Origin: Bacteroides sp.
Lineage (GTDB): Bacteria; Bacteroidota; Bacteroidia; Bacteroidales; Muribaculaceae
Length of the DNA: 64,000 nucleotides
Direction: 5' to 3'
Assembly: GCA_023665145.1 (NCBI GenBank)
Contig: JAMPEM010000004.1
Span: 25,195-89,194 of the forward strand
Part shown: piece by piece, positions 41,992 through 52,465 of the stretch
Layout of the letters: each line of letters starts with the position of its first letter
Position numbering within the stretch: position 1 is the stretch's first letter
Notes under the pieces: model-generated
Told to the model about the DNA's origin: nothing
The model's database searches: none
Seen by the model: only the letters and a program-made list of their open reading frames with translations
Made by a program: the position numbers and the translations under genes

Positions 41992-43779
41992 ATGAAGAAT
42001 ATACGAAATTTCTGTATAATTGCGCATATAGATCACGGCAAATCTACAATTGCGGATCGGCTGCTTGAACGAACAAATACTGTATCGGCTAAGGACATGG
42101 AGAATCAGGTTCTTGACGATATGGATTTGGAGCGAGAACGAGGGATTACAATAAAGAGCCATGCCATTCAAATGGAATGGATTAAGGATGGTGAGAAATA
42201 TACGTTGAATCTTATAGACACTCCGGGACATGTCGACTTTTCGTATGAGGTATCACGTTCGATAGCGGCGTGTGAGGGTGCTCTTTTAATAGTAGATGCG
42301 TCACAAGGAATTCAGGCTCAGACGATTTCCAATCTTTATATGGCGATAGACAATAACCTTGAGATTATCCCTGTGATAAATAAGTGTGATTTGGACTCTG
42401 CGAATCCGGATGAGGTAGAAGACCAGATAGTGGATCTTTTGGGATGTGAAGGGGATGAGATACTACGTGCAAGCGGAAAGACCGGAATGGGTATCGAAGA
42501 AATTCTTGCGGCAATAGTCGACAGGATTCCTGCCCCACAGGGAGATCCGGATGCTCCACTCCAGGCACTTATTTTTGACTCTGTTTTTAATCCGTTTAGA
42601 GGAATAATAGCTTATTATAAAATAGTTAATGGAACAATCAAAACTAATGATTTTGTGAAGTTTGTGGCTACAGGTAAGGAGTATCATGCAGATGAAATCG
42701 GAGTTTTGAAATTGGACATGTCACCTCGTAAAGAATTGTCTGCGGGGAACGTTGGCTATATAATATCGGGAATAAAGACCTCAAAGGAGGTGAAGGTCGG
42801 AGATACAATTACTCATGTGAAAAATCCTTGTGAAAATGCTATATCGGGATTTGAAGAGGTAAAACCAATGGTTTTTGCCGGGGTCTATCCGATAGAGACT
42901 GAGGATTTTGAGAATCTAAGGGCTTCTTTGGAAAAATTACAGCTCAATGATGCTTCATTGACATTCCAACCGGAATCATCAGCAGCACTTGGATTTGGAT
43001 TCCGATGTGGTTTCCTTGGTCTTCTACACATGGAGATTGTGCAAGAGCGCCTTGGAAGGGAATTTGATATGGATGTGATAACTACAGTTCCCAACGTGTC
43101 GTATCGAGTCTATGACAAGAAGGGGAATATGACGGAGGTACACAATCCATCAGGTTTGCCTGAACCGACATTAATCGACCATATTGAGGAGCCATATATT
43201 AGGGCATCTATCATTACACAGGCAGATTATATTGGTCCGATAATGACTTTATGTCTGGGTAAAAGGGCTGAGCTTGTAAAGCAGGAATATATTAGTGGGA
43301 ATCGCCTTGAGCTTACTTTTGATATGCCACTTGGTGAGATAGTGATTGATTTTTATGACAAGCTTAAAAGTATATCAAAAGGGTATGCGTCTTTTGACTA
43401 TCATATACATGATTTCAGACCATCAAATCTTGTAAAATTGGATATTCTTTTGAATGGTGAATCAGTGGATGCTCTTTCTACACTTACTCATGCAGATAAC
43501 GCAGTGAGATTCGGGCGCAGGATGTGTGAGAAGCTCAAAGAGCTTATTCCGCGTCAACAATTTGATATTGCGATACAAGCCGCAATCGGTGCCAAAATTA
43601 TCGCAAGGGAGACAATTAAGGCTGTCAGAAAGGATGTAACCGCCAAGTGCTATGGCGGAGACATCAGCCGAAAGAGGAAGCTTCTAGAGAAGCAAAAGGC
43701 CGGAAAGAAGCGAATGAAACAGATAGGTAGTGTAGAAGTGCCGCAAAAGGCTTTTTTGGCTGTGCTTAAATTGGATTAA
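41992..43779 (+). CDS. lepA: Translation elongation factor 4
   Basis: [20 protein letters not shown]1 motif, DTPGHVDF, 595 aa from ATG 41992. Confidence 0.95.
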   Translation: MKNIRNFCIIAHIDHGKSTIADRLLERTNTVSAKDMENQVLDDMDLERERGITIKSHAIQMEWIKDGEKYTLNLIDTPGHVDFSYEVSRSIAACEGALLIVDASQGIQAQTISNLYMAIDNNLEIIPVINKCDLDSANPDEVEDQIVDLLGCEGDEILRASGKTGMGIEEILAAIVDRIPAPQGDPDAPLQALIFDSVFNPFRGIIAYYKIVNGTIKTNDFVKFVATGKEYHADEIGVLKLDMSPRKELSAGNVGYIISGIKTSKEVKVGDTITHVKNPCENAISGFEEVKPMVFAGVYPIETEDFENLRASLEKLQLNDASLTFQPESSAALGFGFRCGFLGLLHMEIVQERLGREFDMDVITTVPNVSYRVYDKKGNMTEVHNPSGLPEPTLIDHIEEPYIRASIITQADYIGPIMTLCLGKRAELVKQEYISGNRLELTFDMPLGEIVIDFYDKLKSISKGYASFDYHIHDFRPSNLVKLDILLNGESVDALSTLTHADNAVRFGRRMCEKLKELIPRQQFDIAIQAAIGAKIIARETIKAVRKDVTAKCYGGDISRKRKLLEKQKAGKKRMKQIGSVEVPQKAFLAVLKLD

Positions 43780-43979
43780 GCAATTAGATAGAAAATAATA
43801 GTCCCGTTTACGATATGTATTCGGGATTTTTATGTTTTGCCGTATATGTTATTATTTTGAAAATGAATATAGGACAATATTTTATCAAGAAGTCCGTTAT
43901 AAAATAATATGTCTGCATGACATTTACATTTAATGCCGAAATGATAAATATACTCTGTAAGTGTTAATGAATTGTTGAA

Positions 43980-45350
43980 ATGTTGAGGAAGATAATTCTT
44001 GTATATTCTTTGCTGTGTGTTACAGTGAATATAGTTTTTTCCAAAGATCTCGTGTTCAGTGGGAACAGTAAGGAGGTAATTGTTATTAGTCCGGAAAAAA
44101 GTACCGGTATTGATGAGATATATGTAACATGGGGAGGAGGAGAGAATCTTGATGCATCATTTCAATATTCGGGTTCGGAATCACCGCGATGGTATCGATA
44201 TAGTAATCTTGGAGGAGGATTTGCTGAAGAAGTTTCGGGTGTGGAGAATGTATCCGGTAAATCTACATTACGTAACATTACACCAGGATATGGATATATC
44301 ATAGAATCTGGAGACCGACGATATTATTATTATTTGTTGGATTATTCAAGTCATCCGTTGCGTCTTGAGTCAATACAAGGTTCTTCTGAGAGCGATTGCA
44401 CAGCGACATATTTGACGGTATCGGGAGAGGGGAGTCCGTTGGTATATTATACGATTAACGGGCAGCAGAAATCACTTGACCGAGAGATTCGTTTGCTTTA
44501 TGATACGGAAGAATGGGATGAGTCGAGCAATAGTTTTCAGCGGGTTTCGGCTGAAAAGAGTATTGTAAATTTCAGTGAAAGAATTATGGTTACGCCACCA
44601 GTGTATTGCAGTACATATTTCACTTTGGAGGGAGATAGATTTTTGAAGAAGTGGGGATTGGTGGAGCGTGTTGAGAGTTCTGTTATTGAGCCCAAAGCTG
44701 TAGAGGTGAAGACTGAAGCCACAGAAGCTGAGGAATCAAAAAATCAGGAAGCTTCCGGGGAGGATGAGAAAAGTAATGAAATTCATTCACCCGGCAGTGA
44801 ATTAGGAGGATCGGCACCAGCTGAAATTAATTTTTATGCATACGGCACGGAAGGTGTAATACATAATGAATGGCAGATGTCTACGGATCCGGATTTTGAG
44901 AATGTAACGTACAGAATTAATGATAGGAATTTGAATTTTGTATTTAGAGATGAGGGAATGGTGTATGTTAGATTTGTAGGGAGTAATTACGATGGAAGTT
45001 GCGAATCGTATGGAGATGTTTATACTATAAATATTGGAGCGTCTGAACTTCATTGTCCCAATGCGTTTTCACCGGGTGCGAGTGAGGGTGTGAATGATGA
45101 GTGGAAGGTAAGTTACAAGTCGCTTGTAGATTTTAAATGTTGGATATTTGATAGATATGGGACACAAATGTGTTATTTTGATGACCCGTCAAAAGGTTGG
45201 GATGGGAAATATAAAGGAAAATTGGTGAAGCCGGGAGTGTATTATTATGTGATACAGGCTACTGGTTCTGAGGGAAAAAAATATAAAAAGAGCGGGGATA
45301 TAAATATAATCAGGTATAAGTCATATTCAGGACAATCTACATCAGAGTAA
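43980..45350 (+). CDS. Secreted protein with T9SS type B C-terminal sorting domain (gliding-motility-associated C-terminal domain)
   Basis: Signal peptide; C-terminal ~90 aa CPNAFSPG...NDEW...GWDG...PGVYYY matches the type B CTD pattern. Confidence 0.8.
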   Translation: MLRKIILVYSLLCVTVNIVFSKDLVFSGNSKEVIVISPEKSTGIDEIYVTWGGGENLDASFQYSGSESPRWYRYSNLGGGFAEEVSGVENVSGKSTLRNITPGYGYIIESGDRRYYYYLLDYSSHPLRLESIQGSSESDCTATYLTVSGEGSPLVYYTINGQQKSLDREIRLLYDTEEWDESSNSFQRVSAEKSIVNFSERIMVTPPVYCSTYFTLEGDRFLKKWGLVERVESSVIEPKAVEVKTEATEAEESKNQEASGEDEKSNEIHSPGSELGGSAPAEINFYAYGTEGVIHNEWQMSTDPDFENVTYRINDRNLNFVFRDEGMVYVRFVGSNYDGSCESYGDVYTINIGASELHCPNAFSPGASEGVNDEWKVSYKSLVDFKCWIFDRYGTQMCYFDDPSKGWDGKYKGKLVKPGVYYYVIQATGSEGKKYKKSGDINIIRYKSYSGQSTSE

Positions 45351-45356
45351 AAGAGA

Positions 45357-48269
45357 TTGCAAAAGGAAGGGAACATGGATAAAGGAAAAGAGATTACAAA
45401 AATGAGAGAAACACCTTCAATAGAAAATAAATATAGGAAAGAAACCCTTGATGGGTGGGAAACTATAGATGTCTACGGTGCGAGAGTTCATAATTTGAAG
45501 GATATAGATGTAACGTTTCCGCATAACAGCTTGTGTGTAGTAACCGGCTTAAGTGGAAGCGGGAAGTCATCTCTTGCATTTGATACAATCTTTGCAGAGG
45601 GGCAAAGGAGATATATTGAGACATTTTCTGCTTATGCTCGAAATATGATGGGTACACCGGAAAGACCGGATGTTGACAAGATTTCCGGATTAAGTCCGGT
45701 TATATCGATAGAACAAAAAACGATAAACCGTAATCCCCGAAGTACAATTGGAACGGTAACTGAGATATCCGATTTTTTTAGGTTGTTATATGCAAGAGTG
45801 GGCGAAGCTCGGAGCTATATTTCCGGAGAGCCGATGGTGAAATATACATCAACTCAAATTCTTGATTTGATTGAGCAAAAATACAAAGATAAGAAAATCT
45901 ATATTTTGACCCCTCTGGTCAAAAATCGTAAAGGACATCATAAGGAGCTGTTTGAGAAATTACGTAAAAAGGGTTATCTTAATGTAAGAGTAGATGGTGA
46001 GATTGTGCCGATTAGTTACGGAATGCGGCTTGACAGATACAAAAATCATTCAGTGGAGCTTGTTGTTGATAGATTGAGAGTAGGAGTCAACACTCATGAG
46101 CGTCTGAAAGAATCAGTGGAAACTGCATTGAAACAGGGTCAAAAATTGATGATGATATGTGATGTTGAGTCGGGAGAAATAAAGTATTACTCTCAATTGC
46201 TTATGGATGCTGCAAATGGGTTGTCGTATCCTGAGCCTGCTCCTCATAATTTTTCGTTTAATTCTCCACAAGGAGCATGTCAAAAATGCAAGGGACTCGG
46301 TACGGTGATAAGTCTGGATCTTGACAAAATTATTCCCAATAAAAGGAAATCAATATCACAAGGAGGGATTACACCTCTCGAAAAGGCACGCAATTCATTG
46401 GTGTTTATGCAAATAGACGCTATATGTCGTAAATTTGATCATACGCTTGAGACACCAATTGATGAGTTAAGCGAGGATTGTCTTAATGAAATTATTTATG
46501 GAACAGTCGATACGTTGCAGATCCATAATAAAAATGCGGGGCTAAGTTATACTCCTACTATCTATGATGGTTTGGCAAAGTATCTTGAAGTTCAGCTTGA
46601 TGATGATGCGGGGGCATCTGCAAACAAGTGGGGTGGACAATTTTTTTCTCCTATGGTTTGTCCGGAATGTCTTGGTAAACGCCTTAACAAGATAGCGTTG
46701 CATTTTTTTGTGGACGGAAAGAATATAAGTGAGATTTCTAATCTTGATATTTGTCAACTTTATGAATGGTGCGAAGGACTTGAAAATCGCGTTGATCATA
46801 GAAGACGTGAGGTGGCAATTGAGATTCTAAAGGAGATACGCACAAGGCTAAAGTTTCTTATTGATGTAGGATTGGATTATCTTTCGTTAGATCGTGGAAG
46901 TGCAACACTTTCCGGAGGAGAGAGTCAACGTATAAGACTTGCTACACAGATAGGGTCGCAATTGGTGAACGTTCTTTATATCCTTGATGAGCCGTCAATA
47001 GGATTACACCAGCGTGATAATAAGCGGCTTATTAATAGTTTGAAACAGCTTAGAGATATCGGGAATTCTGTCATTGTAGTGGAGCATGATAAAGATATAA
47101 TGCTTGAGTCGGATTGGATAGTAGACATAGGTCCCGGAGCCGGTGTGAATGGGGGAGAAGTGATGTATCAAGGTCTTCCTAAAGATATAAAAAACTCACA
47201 TACACTTACTGCAGATTATTTATTCGGAAGGAAAAAAATTGAAATTCCGAAGCAAAGGAGACAAGGGAACGGTTTAGAAATTGTGATTAAAGGAGCAAGT
47301 GGCAATAATTTGAAGAATGTGGATTTACATTTGCCACTTGGGAAATTTGTATGTGTGACAGGTGTGAGTGGGAGCGGAAAGTCTTCGCTAATAAATGGTA
47401 CGTTACAGCCCATCTTAAGTAAGAAACTGTATCGTTCAATTGCAGAACCATTACCATTTAATACTATAGAGGGGGACGATAATATTGATAAGATAGTTAC
47501 CGTGGATCAATCTCCATTGGGTCGGACACCACGATCGAATCCTGCTACTTATACCGGAGTATTTACTGATATTCGCAAACTCTTTGTAGAACTTCCAGAT
47601 GCGAAGTTGCGTGGATATAAAGCCGGAAGATTTTCATTTAATGTTTCGGGAGGACGTTGTGAAGTTTGTAAAGGTCATGGTTATCGTACAATTGAGATGA
47701 ATTTTTTACCAGATGTCCTTGTTCCATGCGAAGAATGTCATGGTAAACGATATAATAGGGAAACTCTTGAGGTAAGATATAAGGGGAAATCTATCGCAGA
47801 TGTCCTGGAGATGACTGTAGACCAAGCTGTTGAGTTCTTTGGGAACCATCAGGTAATTTTGCGAAAGATAAAGGTTTTGCAAGATATTGGCCTAGGATAT
47901 TTAAAGCTTGGTCAACCATCGTCAACATTATCAGGAGGTGAGAATCAAAGAGTTAAGTTGGCATCAGAATTATCAAAACGAGATACAGGCAAAACTCTCT
48001 TCATTCTTGATGAACCTACCACAGGATTGCATTTCGAAGATATTAGAGTATTGATGAAAGTTATCAACAAACTCGTAGATAAAGGTAATACGATGGTAGT
48101 TATAGAACACAATCTTGATGTAATAAAATGTGCAGATTATATTATTGACATAGGTCCGGAAAGTGGCAGAAATGGAGGCGAGATAATAGCAGAAGGAACT
48201 CCTGAAGAAATAATTAATTTAGAAACTCCTACAGCAGAATTTTTGCGAAACGAGTTTTTGAATAAGTGA
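45357..48269 (+). CDS. uvrA: Excinuclease ABC subunit A
   Basis: Two ABC ATPase modules (GLSGSGKSSL, GVSGSGKSSL), zinc-finger CxxC pairs, 970 aa; exact start uncertain (45357 or 45375). Confidence 0.95.
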   Translation: MQKEGNMDKGKEITKMRETPSIENKYRKETLDGWETIDVYGARVHNLKDIDVTFPHNSLCVVTGLSGSGKSSLAFDTIFAEGQRRYIETFSAYARNMMGTPERPDVDKISGLSPVISIEQKTINRNPRSTIGTVTEISDFFRLLYARVGEARSYISGEPMVKYTSTQILDLIEQKYKDKKIYILTPLVKNRKGHHKELFEKLRKKGYLNVRVDGEIVPISYGMRLDRYKNHSVELVVDRLRVGVNTHERLKESVETALKQGQKLMMICDVESGEIKYYSQLLMDAANGLSYPEPAPHNFSFNSPQGACQKCKGLGTVISLDLDKIIPNKRKSISQGGITPLEKARNSLVFMQIDAICRKFDHTLETPIDELSEDCLNEIIYGTVDTLQIHNKNAGLSYTPTIYDGLAKYLEVQLDDDAGASANKWGGQFFSPMVCPECLGKRLNKIALHFFVDGKNISEISNLDICQLYEWCEGLENRVDHRRREVAIEILKEIRTRLKFLIDVGLDYLSLDRGSATLSGGESQRIRLATQIGSQLVNVLYILDEPSIGLHQRDNKRLINSLKQLRDIGNSVIVVEHDKDIMLESDWIVDIGPGAGVNGGEVMYQGLPKDIKNSHTLTADYLFGRKKIEIPKQRRQGNGLEIVIKGASGNNLKNVDLHLPLGKFVCVTGVSGSGKSSLINGTLQPILSKKLYRSIAEPLPFNTIEGDDNIDKIVTVDQSPLGRTPRSNPATYTGVFTDIRKLFVELPDAKLRGYKAGRFSFNVSGGRCEVCKGHGYRTIEMNFLPDVLVPCEECHGKRYNRETLEVRYKGKSIADVLEMTVDQAVEFFGNHQVILRKIKVLQDIGLGYLKLGQPSSTLSGGENQRVKLASELSKRDTGKTLFILDEPTTGLHFEDIRVLMKVINKLVDKGNTMVVIEHNLDVIKCADYIIDIGPESGRNGGEIIAEGTPEEIINLETPTAEFLRNEFLNK

Positions 48270-48592
48270 AATTACATGATGATTAAATTTTGTGTGAAAT
48301 AATTATATATGTGTGAAATAAATATAATCGTGAGATAGCGGGAATAGCAAAATTTAAGAATTTTGTGTTTAAATTACTTGCATATCTACCTCAAATCGTA
48401 ATATAGATACCTCTTGGATTTACATAATTGCTATTATGTTAAATAGGAGTGAAGTTGCATTATAAAAATATATTTATAGGGTCGGTTCTTTCCTAACTAC
48501 ACCTCTACAAATGCGGAAGATGACCGCTTTAACGTCTTTTACTCCTCCTAAACGACTGATGATATTTGCAGTAGAATAACATCAAACGCGAC

Positions 48593-48931
48593 TCATTGGC
48601 CGAAGCATACGAGCTTGAGGAACATGGTAAGAGCCACGAAACAACATGTCATCACTTCAACAAAACGATTGTATGAGAAAGTCTTTGGAAATAGATGTTT
48701 CCAATGCTGGCACACACATCAAAGATAATAATGCTTGAAGTTGCGGAATGAGTTGAAATGATAACAGATTAGAATTGTGATGACTTCTGCATCGGATATC
48801 ATGCGCTTTCTGCAACGTTTGGGTGCTACTGAAATGGATGATAAAGCATTTTTTGCCATCTCGGCTTCAAATTCTTTGCAAAAATCGTCTGCAATACAAA
48901 AAATTTCAGCAACTTTACTTTCGATAATCAT
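48593..48931 (-). mobile_element. Truncated IS982-family transposase remnant (N-terminal ~112 codons) with an in-frame TGA
   Basis: ...ILICYHFNSFRNFKHYYL-TGA-CVCQHWKHLFPKTFSYNRFVEV... matches the IS982 transposase N-terminal FRNFKHFY / SYNRFVEL motifs. Recognisable similarity ends near 48593. Confidence 0.75.
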
Positions 48932-49105
48932 GATTTAGCAATTAATGTTTTAAACTACTAAATTGCCAAATATCAATCTGATTATCAAAAGAATCGGCAA
49001 CTTTTCCAGGTCGCCGATTCAACTTTTTTATGGATGTCTTTATCCCGAACTCGCGTTATTAAAAATTTTAAATAATAAAAAAAGACTTATTTCTTATTAA
49101 AATAT

Positions 49106-49136
49106 TTTGCAAATTCACAATTATTGATTAATTTTG
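49106..49136 (+). promoter_or_regulatory. Consensus Bacteroidetes promoter (-33 TTTG 49106-49109, 19-nt spacer, -7 TAATTTTG 49129-49136) for the T9SS cargo gene
   Basis: Read directly. Confidence 0.55.
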
Positions 49137-49170
49137 AACAATTTAAACATACTAATCTAAAATTTGTACG

Positions 49171-50718
49171 ATGAAGAAATATTGTATTGTTTCAAGTGAT
49201 TCAAATCCAGTCAATTCCGGGAATATCTTAAAATTTGCATTTAGTCTGTTTATTGCAGTTTTTTGCCTATCCGCTAAGGCAACGGATAGGTTGATAATTG
49301 TAGCTCCGGATGCAGAGATTCCGGAAGAGTATTCTTCCCTACCCTCTTTTCGTATACCAGCTACTTCAGTAGTCAATAAAGCAACATATCCAATAGAAGG
49401 GTTAGGTAATGTAAAAGTAACCACGAAAAAATATGATAATAAGTTGTATATAGGATTGTATTCCTCTAATCCATTTGTAATAGAATTAGATAAGAAGTTA
49501 TTACCGACAGGAAATATAACCGGATACACATTAAAATTCGCGCATAAAGGCAGTACGTCTGAAACAATACAATCTACAAAGTTTTCGATAGGAACTATTC
49601 AAGATAACGTTATGACGGGAATTCCATTAAAACCCAATGAGCAAAATTTTCAACTTCCATTCAACTGTCCTGTGAATGAATCATCGGCTATTTATATAGA
49701 ATACATAATAATTGACTATGAAGGAGGAATTGATACTCCGGTATGGGAGGTTCCGTTTAAGGAGAGTTATTCGTTGTCTCCCGGTGATGAATTGGATTTG
49801 AAAGCATTGGCCGGACCTGATTCCCCGAATCTCACTTTTACGCTTGAAGAAAATATACCGTCAGCCGTAATTGAAGACGGCTTGCTGAAGACTATAAAAT
49901 CGTTTACAGTTCATTATTCCAGTCCTATAGTTGCAGGCAAATGGCAAGCCACAAACGGTTGTTTTATGATAAACCTGGAGGGGAGTCATTCTGGAGGTGA
50001 TAACAGCACGCAAAGTGAGCTTGCGATTCCTCAAGGGGACATCTGTCCTACAGAAAATCTTACTTTAGCAGAATCCGGAATAACATTTTCCTTAAACAAT
50101 ATTCCTACAGATATCGATTCTGATAATGATGACTATTATTTTTATCTTGATAATGAAAATAACAGATTTAATTTTGCAGATTTGCAGAATCCGACAGTCT
50201 TTGTCAAGCCAGGTGTAACAGATGAAAATACTATAGGTCATGCAGTGCCATATAATGTAGTTTTTGTACATAGCAGAGAGAACGACGGAGTTACTCGCGC
50301 TGTGTCTACTACGGGGAAAGCTTTATTCCAACCCGCATTGGAATATAGCGTCAACACTGATGGCATTTTTACAATCACCTTAAAAAAGAAGAACGGCTCT
50401 CCAGCAACAATCTATTATTCACTCAATGGAGATCAAAATGAATATATGTCTGCCTTGGAAAACGTGCGCCAGACAGACATTATAAGGTACTGGGCAGAAT
50501 ATTTTGATTCTGAGGTTAACAAAACTATAAAGAGTCCTGTAGTGGAGATTCGTTTTGAGAACGGAACCATCGTAAGCACTGCACTTATTTGCACAGATCG
50601 TAACGAGAAAATTGAATGGTACAGCATTGATGGTCATCATCTTGATAAGATGCCTCAAGATCCGGGATTATATATTAAACAAACATCAGAAGGGGCAACC
50701 AAACTTATGTTACGTTAA
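49171..50718 (+). CDS. Hypothetical secreted protein with T9SS type A C-terminal domain-like tail
   Basis: N-terminal hydrophobic signal (ILKFAFSLFIAVFCLSAKA); C-terminal ...KIEWYSIDGHHLDKMPQDPGLYIKQTSEGATKLMLR resembles the Por_Secre_tail pattern. No other motif recognised. Confidence 0.65.
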   Translation: MKKYCIVSSDSNPVNSGNILKFAFSLFIAVFCLSAKATDRLIIVAPDAEIPEEYSSLPSFRIPATSVVNKATYPIEGLGNVKVTTKKYDNKLYIGLYSSNPFVIELDKKLLPTGNITGYTLKFAHKGSTSETIQSTKFSIGTIQDNVMTGIPLKPNEQNFQLPFNCPVNESSAIYIEYIIIDYEGGIDTPVWEVPFKESYSLSPGDELDLKALAGPDSPNLTFTLEENIPSAVIEDGLLKTIKSFTVHYSSPIVAGKWQATNGCFMINLEGSHSGGDNSTQSELAIPQGDICPTENLTLAESGITFSLNNIPTDIDSDNDDYYFYLDNENNRFNFADLQNPTVFVKPGVTDENTIGHAVPYNVVFVHSRENDGVTRAVSTTGKALFQPALEYSVNTDGIFTITLKKKNGSPATIYYSLNGDQNEYMSALENVRQTDIIRYWAEYFDSEVNKTIKSPVVEIRFENGTIVSTALICTDRNEKIEWYSIDGHHLDKMPQDPGLYIKQTSEGATKLMLR

Positions 50719-50742
50719 ATAACGTAACATCTAATAAATATT

Positions 50743-50792
50743 ATAATTCAATCATCCGATGGATATATAATTGGATGATTGAATTATTTTTG
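50743..50792 (+). terminator. Hairpin terminator (15-bp perfect stem ataattcaatcatcc/ggatgattgaattat followed by TTTTTG)
   Basis: Read directly. Confidence 0.65.
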
Positions 50793-50875
50793 TTAACTTT
50801 GTGGAAGATTAATCTCTACTCCTTTAAAGAATGCAGATCTGAGTTGAATAATATAGAAATTTCTAGTAGTGCTGT

Positions 50876-51481
50876 ATGTTAGTCATAGGAATAGCCGGAG
50901 GTACCGGTAGTGGTAAAACCACAGTTGTCAGGGATATTATAGCTTCACTCCCAAAAGAAGAGGTGGCAGTAATACCGCAAGACTGTTATTATAAGGATAA
51001 TGCACATATTCCTCTTGAGGAACGTTTAAAAATGAATTATGATGAGCCGGCGGCAATAGAATGGACATTATTGACAAAACATCTTAAAGAGCTCAAGGAA
51101 GGAAAGTCGGTGGAAATGCCAACATACGAGTTTATAACTTGCTCACGTCAAAAAGAAACAGTGACAATACATCCCAGAGAGGTTGTAGTCGTGGAAGGTA
51201 TTTTGGTTCTTACAGACAAGACATTAAGAGAGATGATGGATGTCAAGGTTTTTGTAGACGCTGATGCAGACGAACGTTTAATAAGAGTGATTCATCGGGA
51301 CTGTATCGAACGTGGCAGAACACCTCAAATGGTAATAGACCGCTATCAAGAGACTCTTAAGCCGATGCATGAGCTATATATAGAACCATCCAAACGATAT
51401 GCTGATTTAATTGTACCTCAGGGAGGTCATAATAAGGTAGCTGTCAAATTGCTCACAGATTATATACGTTCGTTGCTTTAA
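50876..51481 (+). CDS. udk: Uridine kinase
   Basis: MLVIGIAGGTGSGKTTV P-loop, 201 aa. Confidence 0.9.
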   Translation: MLVIGIAGGTGSGKTTVVRDIIASLPKEEVAVIPQDCYYKDNAHIPLEERLKMNYDEPAAIEWTLLTKHLKELKEGKSVEMPTYEFITCSRQKETVTIHPREVVVVEGILVLTDKTLREMMDVKVFVDADADERLIRVIHRDCIERGRTPQMVIDRYQETLKPMHELYIEPSKRYADLIVPQGGHNKVAVKLLTDYIRSLL

Positions 51482-51520
51482 AAAACATATTGTAGCGGGC
51501 AGATACATTTCATCAATTAT

Positions 51521-52462
51521 ATGAAAATATTTCCCATATTTGGAAAGAAAAGGAATAAAACGGACATTCGGGAATCGAGTCTGAACATTAGTAATACTGA
51601 ACCTGACTTGCGGATAGCTACTGAGTTGGAACAAATCTCATTATTAGATAAGGACGGAGAAATTGAAGACGTTGCAATAGCTGAAGCTCATCCGGAAAAA
51701 GGATGTTTACGAACAGAGAATCTTGTAAAGAAGTATGGTAAGCGCACTGTAGCTGACCACGTTTCAATTGATGTTAAACAAGGAGAAATTGTAGGTCTTC
51801 TTGGACCAAATGGTGCGGGTAAGACTACGACGTTTTATATGACTACCGGTCTTATATCACCCAACTCCGGCAAAATATTTCTTGATGATAAAGATATAAC
51901 ATCTTATCCGGTCTACAAACGAGCTCAAGCAGGAATTGGTTATCTTGCTCAGGAAGCATCCGTATTCAGAAAGTTGAGTGTTGAAAATAATATTCGTGCC
52001 ATTCTTGAAATGACCGGTACAAGTAAGGAGTACCAGAAAGATAAGCTTGAATCTCTTATTGCCGAATTTGACCTTGAGAAAGTACGGCATAATTTGGGAG
52101 ATAGGCTTTCGGGAGGTGAACGTCGCAGAACAGAAATAGCACGTTGCCTTGCAATCAATCCTAAATTCATAATGCTCGATGAGCCGTTTGCCGGAGTCGA
52201 CCCTATAGCTGTTGAGGATATACAGAAAGTAGTATATAAGCTGAAAGAGAAAAATATAGGTATATTAATCACAGATCATAATGCAACAGAAACGCTGAAT
52301 ATCACTGACAGAGCATACCTTCTCTTTGAGGGTAAAATATTATTCCAGGGCACGAGTGAAGAACTTGCTGAAAATCCTGTAGTAAGAGAAAAATATCTTG
52401 GTAGTCAATTTGTGTTCCGAAGAAAAAATTTCGACAGGCTGCTTAATCATTCAGAGGAATAA
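51521..52462 (+). CDS. lptB: LPS export ABC transporter ATP-binding protein LptB, with a ~65-aa N-terminal extension
   Basis: [15 protein letters not shown]...[12 protein letters not shown]... LSGGERRR; no in-frame ATG/GTG/TTG near the canonical LptB start. Confidence 0.8.
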   Translation: MKIFPIFGKKRNKTDIRESSLNISNTEPDLRIATELEQISLLDKDGEIEDVAIAEAHPEKGCLRTENLVKKYGKRTVADHVSIDVKQGEIVGLLGPNGAGKTTTFYMTTGLISPNSGKIFLDDKDITSYPVYKRAQAGIGYLAQEASVFRKLSVENNIRAILEMTGTSKEYQKDKLESLIAEFDLEKVRHNLGDRLSGGERRRTEIARCLAINPKFIMLDEPFAGVDPIAVEDIQKVVYKLKEKNIGILITDHNATETLNITDRAYLLFEGKILFQGTSEELAENPVVREKYLGSQFVFRRKNFDRLLNHSEE

Positions 52463-52465
52463 GTC

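Noticed and set aside
48290-48322. CRISPR-like direct repeats (tgtgtgaaataa twice)
   Set aside because: Only two 12-nt copies, AT-rich, no cas genes; far below array criteria. No CRISPR array was seen anywhere in the window.
49152-49529. 125-aa minus-strand ORF overlapping the start of the cargo gene
   Set aside because: Overlaps a promoter-equipped plus-strand gene with a signal peptide; likely a shadow ORF.
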